Assembly (NCBI GenBank): GCA_016287855.1
Contig: JAEEXS010000002.1
Location: 1-36,263 of the forward strand
DNA: 36,263 nucleotides
Direction of reading: 5' to 3'
Source: Clostridia bacterium
Lineage (GTDB): Bacteria; Bacillota; Clostridia; TANB77; RGIG9151
A program made the translations under genes and the position numbers. Position 1 is the stretch's first letter. Each line of letters opens with the position of its first letter. This document shows, piece by piece, positions 1 to 10,496 of the stretch. The notes under the pieces were generated by a model, which did not search any database, was not told where the DNA came from, and saw only the letters and a program-made list of their open reading frames with translations.

Positions 1-1445
1 CTACCGCCAAGTAATGATACTATGCTTTCTTCCATTTCGGTTTTTGACTTGTATGATTTATCTTCTAGAGGTCTATACATAGTATAACCCCCAGCTCTAC
101 CACGAGGCACAATAGATACCTGGTGAACTGGATCTTGGGTAGGTAAAAACTTACTTACAACAGCATGCCCAGCTTCGTGGTAAGCAGTAAGCTTCTTTTC
201 TTTTTCAGTAATAACTTTACTCTTCTTTTCTGTTCCAACTATAACCTTTACAATGGCATCCTCAACTTCTGCCATTCCTATATGTGTTTTATCTCTACGA
301 GCAGCAAGTAATGCTGCTTCATTTAGCATATTCTCTAAATCTGCGCCACTAAATCCAGACGTATTTTTAGCTAAAGTAGCCAAATCAACATCTTCTCCGA
401 GCGGTTTCTTTCTTGCATGAACTTTTAATATTGCTTCACGTCCAGCCATATCTGGTATTCCAACAACAACCTGTCTATCAAATCTTCCTGGGCGAAGTAA
501 CGCAGGATCTAATACGTCTGGTCTGTTTGTTGCAGCAAGTATTATAACTCCAGCATTATCCCCGAATCCGTCCATTTCGACCAATAACTGATTTAATGTT
601 TGCTCTCTTTCGTCATGTCCACCACCAACGCCGGCACCTCTTTGACGTCCAACAGCATCTATTTCATCTATAAATACTATACAAGGTGCTTTTTTCTTAG
701 CTTCTTCAAACAAGTCTCTTACTCTTGATGCACCAACACCAACAAACATTTCAACAAAATCTGAACCGCTTATGCTAAAAAATGGCACTCCTGCTTCACC
801 TGCAACAGCCTTCGCAAGTAAAGTCTTACCGGTTCCTGGAGGTCCTACAAGCAAAACTCCCTTAGGAATTCTTGCGCCCATATCTGTAAATTTCTTAGGT
901 GACTTCAAGAACTCAACAATTTCTTGTAACTCTTCTTTTTCCTCATCTACACCCGCTACATCATTAAAAGTAACCTTATCTTTACCTTGACCATTTAACT
1001 TAGCTCTACTTTTTCCAAATGAAAATGCTTTACTATTTCCTCCAACAGTAGGTTGAAAAACAAATACCCAAAGAAGTATAAATAAAACTACTAATACTAT
1101 AGTAGGCAAGAATTCTACCCACCAAGGTGTTTCCGCCAAAGGAACATATTTATATTTAAAACCTTTACCACTCTCTAGGAGCTCACTATATGTTGCAGCT
1201 ATCATATTAGATGCAGGCAAGTCGCATAAATATTTACTTCCATCCTTTAACTCAATTTCCGCAGAACTTCCTTGATTATCTACTATAGACTTAACATTTC
1301 CGTCTTGAATATTTTGCATTAATTCAGAATATGTCATTGTTTTTATTTGTTCTACGTTATTAGGAAATAATACAGAACCAAAGCATATGCATATACCTAA
1401 AACTATAAACAGTGTGACCCAATCAAATCTTTTCTTCTTTTTCAA
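1..1445 (-). CDS. ftsH: ATP-dependent zinc metalloprotease FtsH; C-terminus runs off the left window edge
   Basis: Absent from the ORF track because it is open at the edge. Reverse-strand translation from TTG at 1445 (GGAGG at 1454-1458) gives [16 protein letters not shown] (TM helix). It continues through [13 protein letters not shown] (Walker A, ~810-850), IVFIDEIDA (Walker B, ~655-690), [19 protein letters not shown] (second region of homology) and HEAGHA (Zn site, ~150-190). The tilS-hpt-ftsH order is the conserved Firmicute arrangement. Confidence 0.9.
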   Translation of the reverse strand, partial: MKKKKRFDWVTLFIVLGICICFGSVLFPNNVEQIKTMTYSELMQNIQDGNVKSIVDNQGSSAEIELKDGSKYLCDLPASNMIAATYSELLESGKGFKYKYVPLAETPWWVEFLPTIVLVVLFILLWVFVFQPTVGGNSKAFSFGKSRAKLNGQGKDKVTFNDVAGVDEEKEELQEIVEFLKSPKKFTDMGARIPKGVLLVGPPGTGKTLLAKAVAGEAGVPFFSISGSDFVEMFVGVGASRVRDLFEEAKKKAPCIVFIDEIDAVGRQRGAGVGGGHDEREQTLNQLLVEMDGFGDNAGVIILAATNRPDVLDPALLRPGRFDRQVVVGIPDMAGREAILKVHARKKPLGEDVDLATLAKNTSGFSGADLENMLNEAALLAARRDKTHIGMAEVEDAIVKVIVGTEKKSKVITEKEKKLTAYHEAGHAVVSKFLPTQDPVHQVSIVPRGRAGGYTMYRPLEDKSYKSKTEMEESIVSLLGG

Positions 1446-1493
1446 AAAAATTACCTCCAATTAATAAATTTAAACCATATACCTAAATAATTA

Positions 1494-2039
1494 TTATGAA
1501 TATATTTCCGGCTTTAATACCCCTACTTCCGGCAAATTTCTATATTTGCCAGCATAATCCAATCCATATCCTACTACAAATTCATTTGGTACTTCAAATC
1601 CAATATAATCTGCTTCTATGTCTGCTTCTCTTCTTTCCTGTTTATTTAATAGAGTACAAACTTTAAAAGCCTTACATTTTCTTACTTTAAATATTTCTTT
1701 TAAATTATACATAGTTCTTCCAGAATCAATTATATCTTCAACAATTAAAACCACTTTATTTTTTACGTCAATATTAGTATCTTTTATGATCTTTACATTT
1801 CCAGAGCTTTTAGTATCATTGGCGTAACTTGAACAAATCATAAAATCTACATCAACCTTTAAGTCAATCTCTCTTATAAGATCCGAGAAAAACAACGCAC
1901 ATCCCTTTAATATTCCAATAACAATTACATCTTCACCTTCTAAATCTTGGGTAATTTGCTCTCCCAATTCCTTAACTCTTTTTTTTATCTCTTCCTTTGA
2001 AACCAATATCTTCTCTATATCATTATATATTTTCTCCAT
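1494..2039 (-). CDS. hpt: hypoxanthine phosphoribosyltransferase
   Basis: 181 aa. PRPP-binding motif VLIVEDIIDSGRT. C-terminal VGYGLDYAGKYRNLP is typical of HPRT. Lies between tilS and ftsH. Confidence 0.9.
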   Translation of the reverse strand: MEKIYNDIEKILVSKEEIKKRVKELGEQITQDLEGEDVIVIGILKGCALFFSDLIREIDLKVDVDFMICSSYANDTKSSGNVKIIKDTNIDVKNKVVLIVEDIIDSGRTMYNLKEIFKVRKCKAFKVCTLLNKQERREADIEADYIGFEVPNEFVVGYGLDYAGKYRNLPEVGVLKPEIYS

Positions 2040-3384
2040 ATTCTAAAATTATAACCTCCTTTGTAGCCTTATCTTTCAAAAATTTTTTTGAAGTTCTATA
2101 ACCTACTATCCATACAACTTCAGCATCTGTAGCCACTATTGGCACTTTATTTCTTTCATCTACTCCTATTTTTAAATCAGAGAAGAACTTTTTAAGTGTC
2201 TTTTTTCCTTGCATTCCACTAAGAGCTATAAAATCGCCTTCTCTTTTATTTCTAACATATACTTTTCTACCAGTTTTTTCAATATCAAAAAAGCATTTAT
2301 TTTTATCTTCATACTTACTAGGGACTTTGTCCACGCTAACAATTTTTGAAGTAATTTTCTTATTTAATTCAGGAATATACGTTTCCCCATTTAAATTAAT
2401 CTCGTAGCAAAACTCCTGTTCATCCTTTTTCTCTCTACAAAATTTTAACAAATCATAGCTTATTTCTATCATCAAATCTGGAAAAATTTCTACGCTCTTA
2501 CCACTTTGAGCTGAAGAAATAATACTTATTGCATTACATAGATTACTAAAGCTAATATCTACTAGATTACCATTATATTCATCTATTGCTTTTCTCAAAA
2601 CTTCTAACTGAATCTCATATGACATTTTTAAAAACTTAGTTTTATTTAAAACACCTTTATCTACCCTAACTTCCTTATATTTCTCTTCAATTACCTCTAA
2701 TAATATGTTTTTTTGACCTTCCAAAACATTTAAACATCTTGTTGATGTCTCTATAAAACTAGGATTTATCTTTAAAAACTCTGGAATTATAATGTTTCTA
2801 ATTTTGTTCCTTGTATAATCACTTTCATAGTTCGTTTTATCAAAGAAAACTTTTAATTCATTAGATTCAATGTATTTTAGTATCTCATCTCGTGTAACGT
2901 CTAATAGTGGCCTTATAATATCTCCATTTTCTCTTGGTATACCACAAAGTCCAACTAAACCAGCTCCTCTAGTTAAATTCATAAGCATGGTTTCAATATT
3001 ATCATTAGCATTGTGTGCGACTGCAATTTTATTTGCATTTACACTATCTTTAACCTTGTAAAACTCATTATACCGTATATTTCTCGCCACTTCTTCAAGT
3101 GATTTCTTTTCACTCTCTGCTATTTTTTTTACATCTAATTTTTTATAAAAAAATTGAACATTATATTTCTTACAAAGGTCTTTTACATATTCTTGTTCAA
3201 TATCTGCTTCTTTTCTAATAGAATGGTTTATATGCACAACAAAAAGTTTAAGATTAAGCTTATCACGCAATTTTGCAAGTACGTCAAAAAGGCAGACAGA
3301 ATCTGGTCCACCTGAAACGCCAATAACAATTTTATCGTTACGCTTAATTAATCCAGTTGCTTCAATTTTTTCTATTAAACTCAT
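2023..3384 (-). CDS. tilS: tRNA(Ile)-lysidine synthetase
   Basis: 453 aa. N-terminal PP-loop GVSGGPDS. Overlaps hpt by 17 nt. Conserved position upstream of hpt-ftsH. Confidence 0.9.
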   Translation of the reverse strand: MSLIEKIEATGLIKRNDKIVIGVSGGPDSVCLFDVLAKLRDKLNLKLFVVHINHSIRKEADIEQEYVKDLCKKYNVQFFYKKLDVKKIAESEKKSLEEVARNIRYNEFYKVKDSVNANKIAVAHNANDNIETMLMNLTRGAGLVGLCGIPRENGDIIRPLLDVTRDEILKYIESNELKVFFDKTNYESDYTRNKIRNIIIPEFLKINPSFIETSTRCLNVLEGQKNILLEVIEEKYKEVRVDKGVLNKTKFLKMSYEIQLEVLRKAIDEYNGNLVDISFSNLCNAISIISSAQSGKSVEIFPDLMIEISYDLLKFCREKKDEQEFCYEINLNGETYIPELNKKITSKIVSVDKVPSKYEDKNKCFFDIEKTGRKVYVRNKREGDFIALSGMQGKKTLKKFFSDLKIGVDERNKVPIVATDAEVVWIVGYRTSKKFLKDKATKEVIILEYGENI

Positions 3385-3390
3385 TCTATA

Positions 3391-4749
3391 TTAACTTTGT
3401 CCTTCCTCTCTAAACATATTTGCAAACTTCGTGAATTGCCCCATCCATACTAATTCAATAGTACCAGTGCTACCACTTCTGTGTTTTGAAATAATTACTT
3501 CTGTAATATTTTTCTTTTCTGTTTCTTGATTATAATAATCATCCCTGTACAAGAACATAACTATATCTGCATCTTGCTCTATAGCACCAGATTCTCTTAA
3601 ATCACTTAAAACCGGTCTATGATCTGGTCTTCCATCAGGCGCACGGCTTAATTGAGATAGAGTTATAACCGGTACATCAAGTTCTTTAGCCATAATTTTC
3701 AAAGCTCTACTTATATCAGATATTTCTTGTTGCCTATTCTCACTTCTACGTCTTGATGCTCCCTGCATTAATTGGAGATAGTCGATAACAACTAGTCCTA
3801 GCCCCTTTTCAAGTTTTAATCTTCTACACTTTGCTCTAATATCCATAACAGTTTGACCAGGAGTATCGTCTATATAAATTGGTGCATCAGATAATGCACT
3901 CATGGTTTGAGCTAGTTTTCCCCAGTCATCTTCCTCAAGTTTTCCAGTTCTCATTTTTTGAGCATCTATCATACCTTCACAAGAAAGAATTCTATTAACG
4001 ACTTGCTCTTTTGACATCTCTAAGCTAAATATTGCTACTGGTACTTTATTATGCTTAGCAACATTTTGAGCTATATTTAACGCAAATGCTGTTTTTCCCA
4101 TTGCAGGACGAGCAGCAACTAAAACCAAATCTGAATTATGAAGTCCAGCAGTTTTCATATCTAAATCATGGAACCCATAAGACAAGCCAGTTATATAGCC
4201 TTTTTTATTATATAATTCTTCTAATCTTTCCATATTATCTACCAATATATTTTTTATTGGTGAGAATCCCTTAACATTTCTCTTTTCTACAATATCAAAG
4301 ATTTTCTTTTCAGCTGAATCTACTATATCTTGTACATCTTCTGTCGCAGCATAACTCATATTTGAAATATCGTTTGAAGAATGAATTAGCTTCCTCAAGA
4401 TAGACTTTTCTTCTACTACTTTTGCATAATACTCAACATTAGCAGCTGTAGGGACTTTAGTAGATAACTCAGCAATAAAAGAAATACCGCCTACTGCCTC
4501 AAGACTCCCTCTTAATCTTAATTGTTCTTTTATACTTACTACGTCAATTGGTTTTGAATTTTCAAATAAGTCAACTATAGCAGAAAAAACCTCACGATTA
4601 TCTTCACGATAAAAATCGTCAGGTCTTATTATCTCTAAAACAGCTGCAATAGCATCTTTATCTATTATCATACAACCGAGTACAGCCTGTTCAGCTTCAA
4701 CATCATTAGGTAATACTCTAATTAAGTTAGAATTGTCTTTAGCTGGCAT
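3391..4749 (-). CDS. dnaB: replicative DNA helicase (DnaB family; called DnaC in Bacillus nomenclature)
   Basis: 452 aa. N-terminal PNDVEAEQAVLGCMI. Walker A ARPAMGKTAF. Also IDYLQLM and LSQLSR motifs. Directly downstream of rplI, as in other Firmicutes. Confidence 0.92.
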   Translation of the reverse strand: MPAKDNSNLIRVLPNDVEAEQAVLGCMIIDKDAIAAVLEIIRPDDFYREDNREVFSAIVDLFENSKPIDVVSIKEQLRLRGSLEAVGGISFIAELSTKVPTAANVEYYAKVVEEKSILRKLIHSSNDISNMSYAATEDVQDIVDSAEKKIFDIVEKRNVKGFSPIKNILVDNMERLEELYNKKGYITGLSYGFHDLDMKTAGLHNSDLVLVAARPAMGKTAFALNIAQNVAKHNKVPVAIFSLEMSKEQVVNRILSCEGMIDAQKMRTGKLEEDDWGKLAQTMSALSDAPIYIDDTPGQTVMDIRAKCRRLKLEKGLGLVVIDYLQLMQGASRRRSENRQQEISDISRALKIMAKELDVPVITLSQLSRAPDGRPDHRPVLSDLRESGAIEQDADIVMFLYRDDYYNQETEKKNITEVIISKHRSGSTGTIELVWMGQFTKFANMFREEGQS

Positions 4750-4771
4750 ATTCTACCTCCTAAGCTATAAT

Positions 4772-5218
4772 TTATTCAGCAGTAATTTCAACTTTTATTT
4801 TTGCTATAACACCTTCAAATAGTTTTATGTCTACTGTAGTTATTCCTGCAGATTTGATTGCATCATCTAAATAAACTTTTTTCTTATCTGTTTCTATTTT
4901 ATATTCAGATAATAATTTATCACTTATGTCTTTTGCTGTAACAGATCCAAACAGCTTTCCACCTTCTCCAGCTTTAACTTTAAAATGCAAAATCATATCT
5001 TTCATTTTTTCAGCTAATTTTTTTGCCTCTTCAAAATCTCTCTCTTTTCTAAACATTCTAGAGCCTTCTTGAGTCTTTAGAATATTCATATTTTTAGTAT
5101 TAGCTTCAACTGCAAGTTTTCCTTTGAGTAAGAAATTTTTAGCATACCCTTCACTTACCTCAACAACGGTATCTTTTTTTCCCAAAGCTTTTACATCTTT
5201 TAATAAAATAACTTTCAT
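4772..5218 (-). CDS. rplI: 50S ribosomal protein L9
   Basis: 148 aa. MKVILLKDVKALGKKDTVVEVSEGYAKNFL is a typical L9 N-terminus. Lies between gdpP and dnaB. Confidence 0.92.
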   Translation of the reverse strand: MKVILLKDVKALGKKDTVVEVSEGYAKNFLLKGKLAVEANTKNMNILKTQEGSRMFRKERDFEEAKKLAEKMKDMILHFKVKAGEGGKLFGSVTAKDISDKLLSEYKIETDKKKVYLDDAIKSAGITTVDIKLFEGVIAKIKVEITAE

Positions 5219-5235
5219 AATACCACCGCCTAATT

Positions 5236-7242
5236 TTAACCTTTTGCAATATTTTCTTGGTACTCATCTATTGCTGCTTTTAATTTTTCTATTGTTTCCT
5301 CTAAAGTTGAATCTGGCACCTGTGCCCCGGCAATGGTCATACTACCTCCACCGCCAAGTTTTTCTAAAATCATTTGAACATTTATATCTCCTAATGATCT
5401 TCCACTAATAACTATCTTTTGGTCATTCGGAGATAGTACAAACGATGCCTTTATTCCTTTTATATTAAGTAATTCATCAGCTGCTTGCGCAACTATTATG
5501 CTTGTATTAAGCAGTTCTTTATCACATGAAGAAATAGCAATTTCATCCTTATAAATTTCAGCCTTTTTAACAATTTCCGCCTTATCTACATAAGTTTCTA
5601 AATCGTTTTGGAATAATTGCTTAACAACAACTGTATCTACCCCATATTTCTTTAAAAATGCAGCTGCTTCAAATGTTCTTATACCGGTTTTTAAAGTAAA
5701 GTTTTTAGTATCTACAATTATTCCAGCATACAAAGCTTCAGCCTCTAATTGGCGAATTGTAACTTTCTTGTCCATATATTGAAGTAACTCTGTAACTAAT
5801 TCACAAGCCGATGATGCATATATTTCATGGTACATCAAAAACGCTTCACTGATAAAATCAGTTACTTTTCTGTGATGGTCTATAACAACAATTTTACTGG
5901 TCTTGTCCAATATTTCTGGGCAAGTTGTAATTGAAGCTCTATGTGTATCTACTATTATTAATAACGTCTCTTGTTTTGTAATATCTAAAGCTTCTCTCTT
6001 ATTTACAAAAACACCTTCATATTGTCCAGAATTTCTAACCATCTCAACCAATTCTTTTACATTGGTATATTCTTCGTCTAAAACAATATTAGCCGGTTTA
6101 TTTAAACATTGAGCAACACGATAAACCCCGAGAGCTGCGCCAAGGGAGTCAGCATCAGGATTTGCATGCCCCATTATCATAACATTTTCACATTGATCTA
6201 TTAACCTTTCAAGAGCAGTAGCCATAACCCTAGCTTTTACTCTAGTACGTTTTTCTATCTCTTTACTTCTTCCTCCGAAGAAACTATATTCTCCGTTTTC
6301 ATTTATAACAACTTGATCTCCGCCACGTCCTTGAGCAAGTTCTATAGAGTCTATAGCTTCATTAATACCACTAGAGAAGTCGGGCATACGAGAAGCTATT
6401 CCAATACTAAGAGTAACTTGAAGCTTGTTTCCCATATCTATTTCTTTTATAGTGTCTAGGATATCAAACTTCTTTTCTTCCATATCTTTTAAGTATTTAG
6501 ATTCAAAGAATATAATATACTTGTCTCTCTCATACTTTCTAGTAACCCCATTTGCAAATGCAAACCATTGTTTTATATTTTTATCTATTTCAGCCAAAAG
6601 TTGAGATCTTCCGCTCTCGTCTATACTTTGCATAAGTTCATCATAATTATCTATAACTATAACTCCTATATCTGGTTCTTCTTCAAAGTGTTTTTGTAGA
6701 AGCAAATTATAATCAGTTATATCAATAAAATATAAAGACAAAGTATAATGTTCTTTAGAATCTTTTTCATTTGTTCTTACTAAATTCCCTAAAACATTAT
6801 ATGTTTTATCTTTTATTTTTACTTGTGTTGGAAGGATCTTACCATTTTTTATTAAATTTTCAGGCTTTAAATCTTCTGAGAAGTCATAAATATATCTTTC
6901 TACTACGTCTCTTTCCCCTACTACTTCTTGGAATAAGATATTATTCCAAATTATCATGCCATTTAATTCTAACGTAACCATAGGTAACGGGAAGTTAAGT
7001 AACGTATCTTTAGTAACGGAATCCATATTAAAAGTTAAATTTTCTATATAGCCTTCTATTTCTTCTCTTCGCTTTCCATTTATCCTAAGTGAATAAAAAA
7101 GCATACCAAACCAAAGTCCTATCGATGGAATAATAAAAATATTATTCATAGAACTTATAACAAAAAGTAATATAAAAATTATAGTAAGATAAATCCAATC
7201 TTTTAACATGAGTGCATTTGAAACACGTTTATTTTCTTGCAT
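5236..7242 (-). CDS. gdpP: cyclic-di-AMP phosphodiesterase GdpP (YybT-type DHH/DHHA1 protein)
   Basis: Two N-terminal TM helices, degenerate GGDEF (GRGGDQ), DHH motif (VVIDHHR), DHHA1 glycine-rich motif (LGGGGS). The track starts it at 7257, but GGGAGG (7250-7255) serves the ATGs at 7245 and 7242. The predicted promoter puts the TSS near 7263, so I prefer 7242, with 7245 possible. Confidence 0.85.
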   Translation of the reverse strand: MQENKRVSNALMLKDWIYLTIIFILLFVISSMNNIFIIPSIGLWFGMLFYSLRINGKRREEIEGYIENLTFNMDSVTKDTLLNFPLPMVTLELNGMIIWNNILFQEVVGERDVVERYIYDFSEDLKPENLIKNGKILPTQVKIKDKTYNVLGNLVRTNEKDSKEHYTLSLYFIDITDYNLLLQKHFEEEPDIGVIVIDNYDELMQSIDESGRSQLLAEIDKNIKQWFAFANGVTRKYERDKYIIFFESKYLKDMEEKKFDILDTIKEIDMGNKLQVTLSIGIASRMPDFSSGINEAIDSIELAQGRGGDQVVINENGEYSFFGGRSKEIEKRTRVKARVMATALERLIDQCENVMIMGHANPDADSLGAALGVYRVAQCLNKPANIVLDEEYTNVKELVEMVRNSGQYEGVFVNKREALDITKQETLLIIVDTHRASITTCPEILDKTSKIVVIDHHRKVTDFISEAFLMYHEIYASSACELVTELLQYMDKKVTIRQLEAEALYAGIIVDTKNFTLKTGIRTFEAAAFLKKYGVDTVVVKQLFQNDLETYVDKAEIVKKAEIYKDEIAISSCDKELLNTSIIVAQAADELLNIKGIKASFVLSPNDQKIVISGRSLGDINVQMILEKLGGGGSMTIAGAQVPDSTLEETIEKLKAAIDEYQENIAKG

Positions 7243-7269
7243 CATATTTCCTCCCATTTACTCGCTTGT

Positions 7270-7298
7270 AGTATATAACTATAACGGCAAAATGTCAA
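7270..7298 (-). promoter_or_regulatory. sigma-A-type promoter for gdpP-rplI-dnaB
   Basis: Minus strand reads TTGACA (7298-7293), then 17 nt, then TATACT (7275-7270). It sits about 15 nt upstream of the GGGAGG Shine-Dalgarno of gdpP. Confidence 0.5.
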
Positions 7299-7358
7299 AT
7301 TATCAATTAGTAAAAAGTGTTGTTATTCTCATATAAATTGATTATTATTTTTTAATAT

Positions 7359-8465
7359 TTATATAAATTCTACAAAAACTTGATTAGCTAAATCTAGTCC
7401 TTTATCAGTAAGAGAAATATTTTCTCCTTCTCTCTTTAATAATCCTTTATTTATAAGCTTTTGAAGTGCTTCCTTCCATTCATCTTTAAAAAATAAATCT
7501 TCATCTACACCCTTTAACATTCTAAGCCCTAATATAATTTTTTCAGAATCTATCATATCTTTAGTTAACATCTCATTTTCAGAGAAATTATTTATAGGAT
7601 TACCTATATAAGATTCAAAATCTTCTGTGTTTGTAAATCTTACTTCATTAAAACAAGATGCCGCTGAAACTCCAAAGCCTAAATAATCTTGTCTTTCCCA
7701 ATAAGATGTATTATGTCTTGAATAGTAGCCAGCTTTAGCGAAATTAGAAATCTCGTATTGAATATATCCTGCTTTTTTTAATTTTTCTTTTATTGTATAG
7801 TACATTTCTCTTTCAAGTTCTTCACTTGGTAATTTTAGTTTATGTTCTTTATAAAGTCTTCCAAACACAGTATTTTCTTCTATCTTTAATGAATATGTAG
7901 AAATATGTTCAGGTGAAAGCTTTATAAATTCATCTAAAGTATCTTCTATATCTTTTAAAGTTTGATTTGGCAAACCAAAAATTATATCTAAACTTATATT
8001 ATTAAATCCCGCATCTCTAGCCAAATTAAAAGTCTCAATAGCTTCTTTTGCAGTATGGATTCTTCCAATTTCTTTTAATAACTCATCATTTAAAGTTTGA
8101 ACTCCAAAACTTATTCTATTAATATTAAGCTCTTTATATTTTTTTAACTTTTTAAAATCTACTGTGCCAGGATTAGCTTCTAAAGTTATTTCAGGATTTT
8201 CTATAATACTATAATTTTCACTTATTACTCTTAAGATTTCTTTTATATATCTAACATCGATAAATGATGGCGTTCCACCGCCAAAATAGATTGATGTAAC
8301 TTCAAAATCTTTAGATTTTTGAGCATAATATTTTACTTGCTCGCAAATTGCTTCTACATATTTTTCTATCTTTGTTTCGCCATTTATACAAAAAGAAGTA
8401 AAATCGCAATATTTACACTTTTGCTTACAAAATGGTATATGCAAATAAAGAGCTAATTTTCTCAC
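7359..8465 (-). CDS. hemW: radical SAM heme chaperone HemW (oxygen-independent coproporphyrinogen oxidase-like)
   Basis: 368 aa. CKQKCKYCDF (CxxxCxxC radical SAM cluster), GGGTPS, C-terminal HemN_C-like region. The GTG start overlaps the stop of the upstream SLH gene (GTGA). Confidence 0.85.
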   Translation of the reverse strand: MRKLALYLHIPFCKQKCKYCDFTSFCINGETKIEKYVEAICEQVKYYAQKSKDFEVTSIYFGGGTPSFIDVRYIKEILRVISENYSIIENPEITLEANPGTVDFKKLKKYKELNINRISFGVQTLNDELLKEIGRIHTAKEAIETFNLARDAGFNNISLDIIFGLPNQTLKDIEDTLDEFIKLSPEHISTYSLKIEENTVFGRLYKEHKLKLPSEELEREMYYTIKEKLKKAGYIQYEISNFAKAGYYSRHNTSYWERQDYLGFGVSAASCFNEVRFTNTEDFESYIGNPINNFSENEMLTKDMIDSEKIILGLRMLKGVDEDLFFKDEWKEALQKLINKGLLKREGENISLTDKGLDLANQVFVEFI

Positions 8466-9541
8466 TTAATTATCAACTTCCATTCTCCTGATTGCTTAGC
8501 AAAATTAATTGTTTCTTCTTTTTCTGTTACTATAATCTCACGATTTGCAATTTGGCTTTTTATTTCTTGAATTCTCTCACTTGTAATAGCTGTTATATCC
8601 TCGATATTGCTTAATAAATCATATCCTTTTGTTTTTACCTTTATATAACCTCTATTAAAACTGTAAAATCCTCTATCTACTATTTCATATTCAAAGTTCT
8701 CAAAAATCGATTTACAAAATTCATTTAATTCTGCTTCTTCTATTTGATTAAATACAAAGTTACTATTATTTAACACTCCTTGAGTATCATATACATGATT
8801 TTTTAATGGTGTAACGCCTTCTGTTTTTAAAATTTTAATTATATTAGAAAATACTGGATTAAGTTGAGCCTCTTCCCCTTTATTAGTAACACGTCTATTT
8901 TCATATTTTAATAAATTATTGAAAATTGCAGATGCTTCTGCTCTAGAAATACATCTTTTAGGCCTTATATATGTTTTTCCATCTATCCATTTTTCTCCGG
9001 CAATAATATTATTTTTATAAGCAATTACTACCTCTTTAGGGTAAAGAATATCTTGATAATCTGCAAAAAGAGTCTTCTCTTCTCCTTCTACGTAAGCATC
9101 ATCACTATAGCCATATATTTTACTTACTGCATAAATAAAAGCTTCTCTTGTAACTTCTATATCTCCAGGCAAGCCTCTTAAGTAAGAATAATCTGTTACT
9201 CCTAATGCCTCACCTATAGAATCATAGTACGGATTTATATATTCTCTTACTGCTTCGATATACCCCTTTGCCCAGTGATCAGTAGGCACATCTAAAAAGT
9301 AATTTGAAATATTATCTTGAGGGATTTCAAATATCTTTGTAAATATTACCGAAAACTCTCCTAAAGTTATATAGTTGCCCGGTTTAAAAGTGCCGTCATA
9401 ATATCCAGATAAAATACCCGCTTTTTCCATTCTATTTATAGCCGAATAGCCCCAATAATCCTCAGTTACATCTGTAAATTCAGCAAAACTTGGCGTAATC
9501 AAAATCAAAATTCCTAAAAATAGTCCTATAATTTTTTTCAT
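8462..9541 (-). CDS. secreted S-layer-homology (SLH) domain cell-wall protein
   Basis: Three N-terminal SLH-like repeats: FTDVTEDYWGYSAINRMEKAGILSGY.., FLDVPTDHWAKGYIEAV.., FADYQD...ISRAEASAIFNNLL. I start it at ATG 9541 (MKKIIGLFLGILILITPSFA signal peptide, GGAGG at 9550-9554) rather than the track start at 9598. Confidence 0.75.
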   Translation of the reverse strand: MKKIIGLFLGILILITPSFAEFTDVTEDYWGYSAINRMEKAGILSGYYDGTFKPGNYITLGEFSVIFTKIFEIPQDNISNYFLDVPTDHWAKGYIEAVREYINPYYDSIGEALGVTDYSYLRGLPGDIEVTREAFIYAVSKIYGYSDDAYVEGEEKTLFADYQDILYPKEVVIAYKNNIIAGEKWIDGKTYIRPKRCISRAEASAIFNNLLKYENRRVTNKGEEAQLNPVFSNIIKILKTEGVTPLKNHVYDTQGVLNNSNFVFNQIEEAELNEFCKSIFENFEYEIVDRGFYSFNRGYIKVKTKGYDLLSNIEDITAITSERIQEIKSQIANREIIVTEKEETINFAKQSGEWKLIIK

Positions 9542-9564
9542 ATGTAAGTCCTCCTTGCTTAATA

Positions 9565-9593
9565 ATTTTAACATATTGTAAAAACATTTACAA
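9565..9593 (-). promoter_or_regulatory. candidate sigma-A promoter for the SLH gene
   Basis: Minus strand reads TTGTAA (9593-9588), then 17 nt, then TAAAAT (9570-9565), just upstream of the SD and the ATG at 9541. The AT-rich background makes this weak evidence. Confidence 0.35.
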
Positions 9594-9700
9594 GGCATGG
9601 CTTTAAGGATTATTTTTACAAAAAATATTTTTTATAAAAAGTCAAGACTTTACTTTATATATTTTTTTTTATAAAATACTTTTCGAAAGGGGATTTTTAA

Positions 9701-10465
9701 ATGCAATTATTTGATTATAATTCTAAACTTAAAATTGTTGATCAAATGATAACAACCGGAAAAGATAATGCTTCGTCTATTTCTGAAACAGATGAAGTGT
9801 ATTTGAATGCATATAATCTAATAATTGATTTTACTAATGAATTAACTGATTCTCCTTTAACTTTAGGTCAACGAATAGATATTTTATATGGAATTATAAA
9901 TCATAAAACTACTTTAGAAGTTATAAAGTACATTTCGAAAAATATCTCTCATCGTGCTTTTAAAAATGCTACTTCAAATAAATTCTACTCTTATGTTTTT
10001 TCTAAAATGATAGATGCTTTTCTAATATGCGAACGTGATACCGAATCTTTTAATAAGCTTGCTGATGTAATGCACCACAATATTTATTTATACGATTTAA
10101 ATTCTATAGAATTTGTTTTAACCTACCCAGAAATATTAAAGAAAGTATATGATAATGACCTTGAAGGTGCATTAAAAGATATTTGTGAAACTTTAGGAAA
10201 TGGAATTGACTATTCTACCGATTTAACTTCTTGTTTAGCTAAACTTCTTACGTATCTGTCCGCCGCTTTAGAGTTACCTGATGTATATTTATACTCTAAG
10301 AAATTAAATCTTGATTTGTCTATTATGAATAAAGATTATTTCGTTGCAAGTGGAATTATTAAAGATTTAGAATATATGAACTATGAAACGAATGATATGA
10401 AATATTATAAAGCCCTAATAAAACAAAAAGGCTCAGAAAATGTTTTAAAATATAAATGGCATTAA
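9701..10465 (+). CDS. hypothetical protein (predicted cytoplasmic, helix-rich; no motif recognised)
   Basis: 254-aa ORF with AAAGGGGA 8 nt upstream of the ATG. It ends at a strong hairpin terminator. One of only two plus-strand genes in the window. Confidence 0.6.
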   Translation: MQLFDYNSKLKIVDQMITTGKDNASSISETDEVYLNAYNLIIDFTNELTDSPLTLGQRIDILYGIINHKTTLEVIKYISKNISHRAFKNATSNKFYSYVFSKMIDAFLICERDTESFNKLADVMHHNIYLYDLNSIEFVLTYPEILKKVYDNDLEGALKDICETLGNGIDYSTDLTSCLAKLLTYLSAALELPDVYLYSKKLNLDLSIMNKDYFVASGIIKDLEYMNYETNDMKYYKALIKQKGSENVLKYKWH

Positions 10466-10496
10466 AAAATGCCCCCATATGGGGGCGTTTTTATTT
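10464..10496. terminator. bidirectional rho-independent terminator shared by the convergent 9701-10465 gene and flgL
   Basis: GCCCCC (10471-10476), ATAT loop, GGGGGC (10481-10486). Flanked by an A-run on the left and T-runs on the right. Confidence 0.7.

Noticed and set aside
772-990. Plus-strand 72-aa ORF from the track. The similar plus-strand ORFs at 1618-1827, 2870-3061, 4086-4274, 5124-5408, 5903-6112, 6771-6977, 10791-10979, 11858-12520, 14157-14888, 16739-16933, 18085-19473, 20553-20762, 21217-21423, 26635-27653 and 35191-35478 fall in the same class.
   Set aside because: All lie antisense inside long minus-strand genes with clear family motifs. They have low-complexity or hydrophobic translations typical of shadow frames in AT-rich DNA, and I saw no SD sequences.
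9542-9598. N-terminal extension of the SLH gene (MPCKCFYNMLKLLSKEDLH)
   Set aside because: There is no SD before 9598. The extension precedes a canonical signal peptide that has its own GGAGG, and the candidate promoter lies inside the extension.
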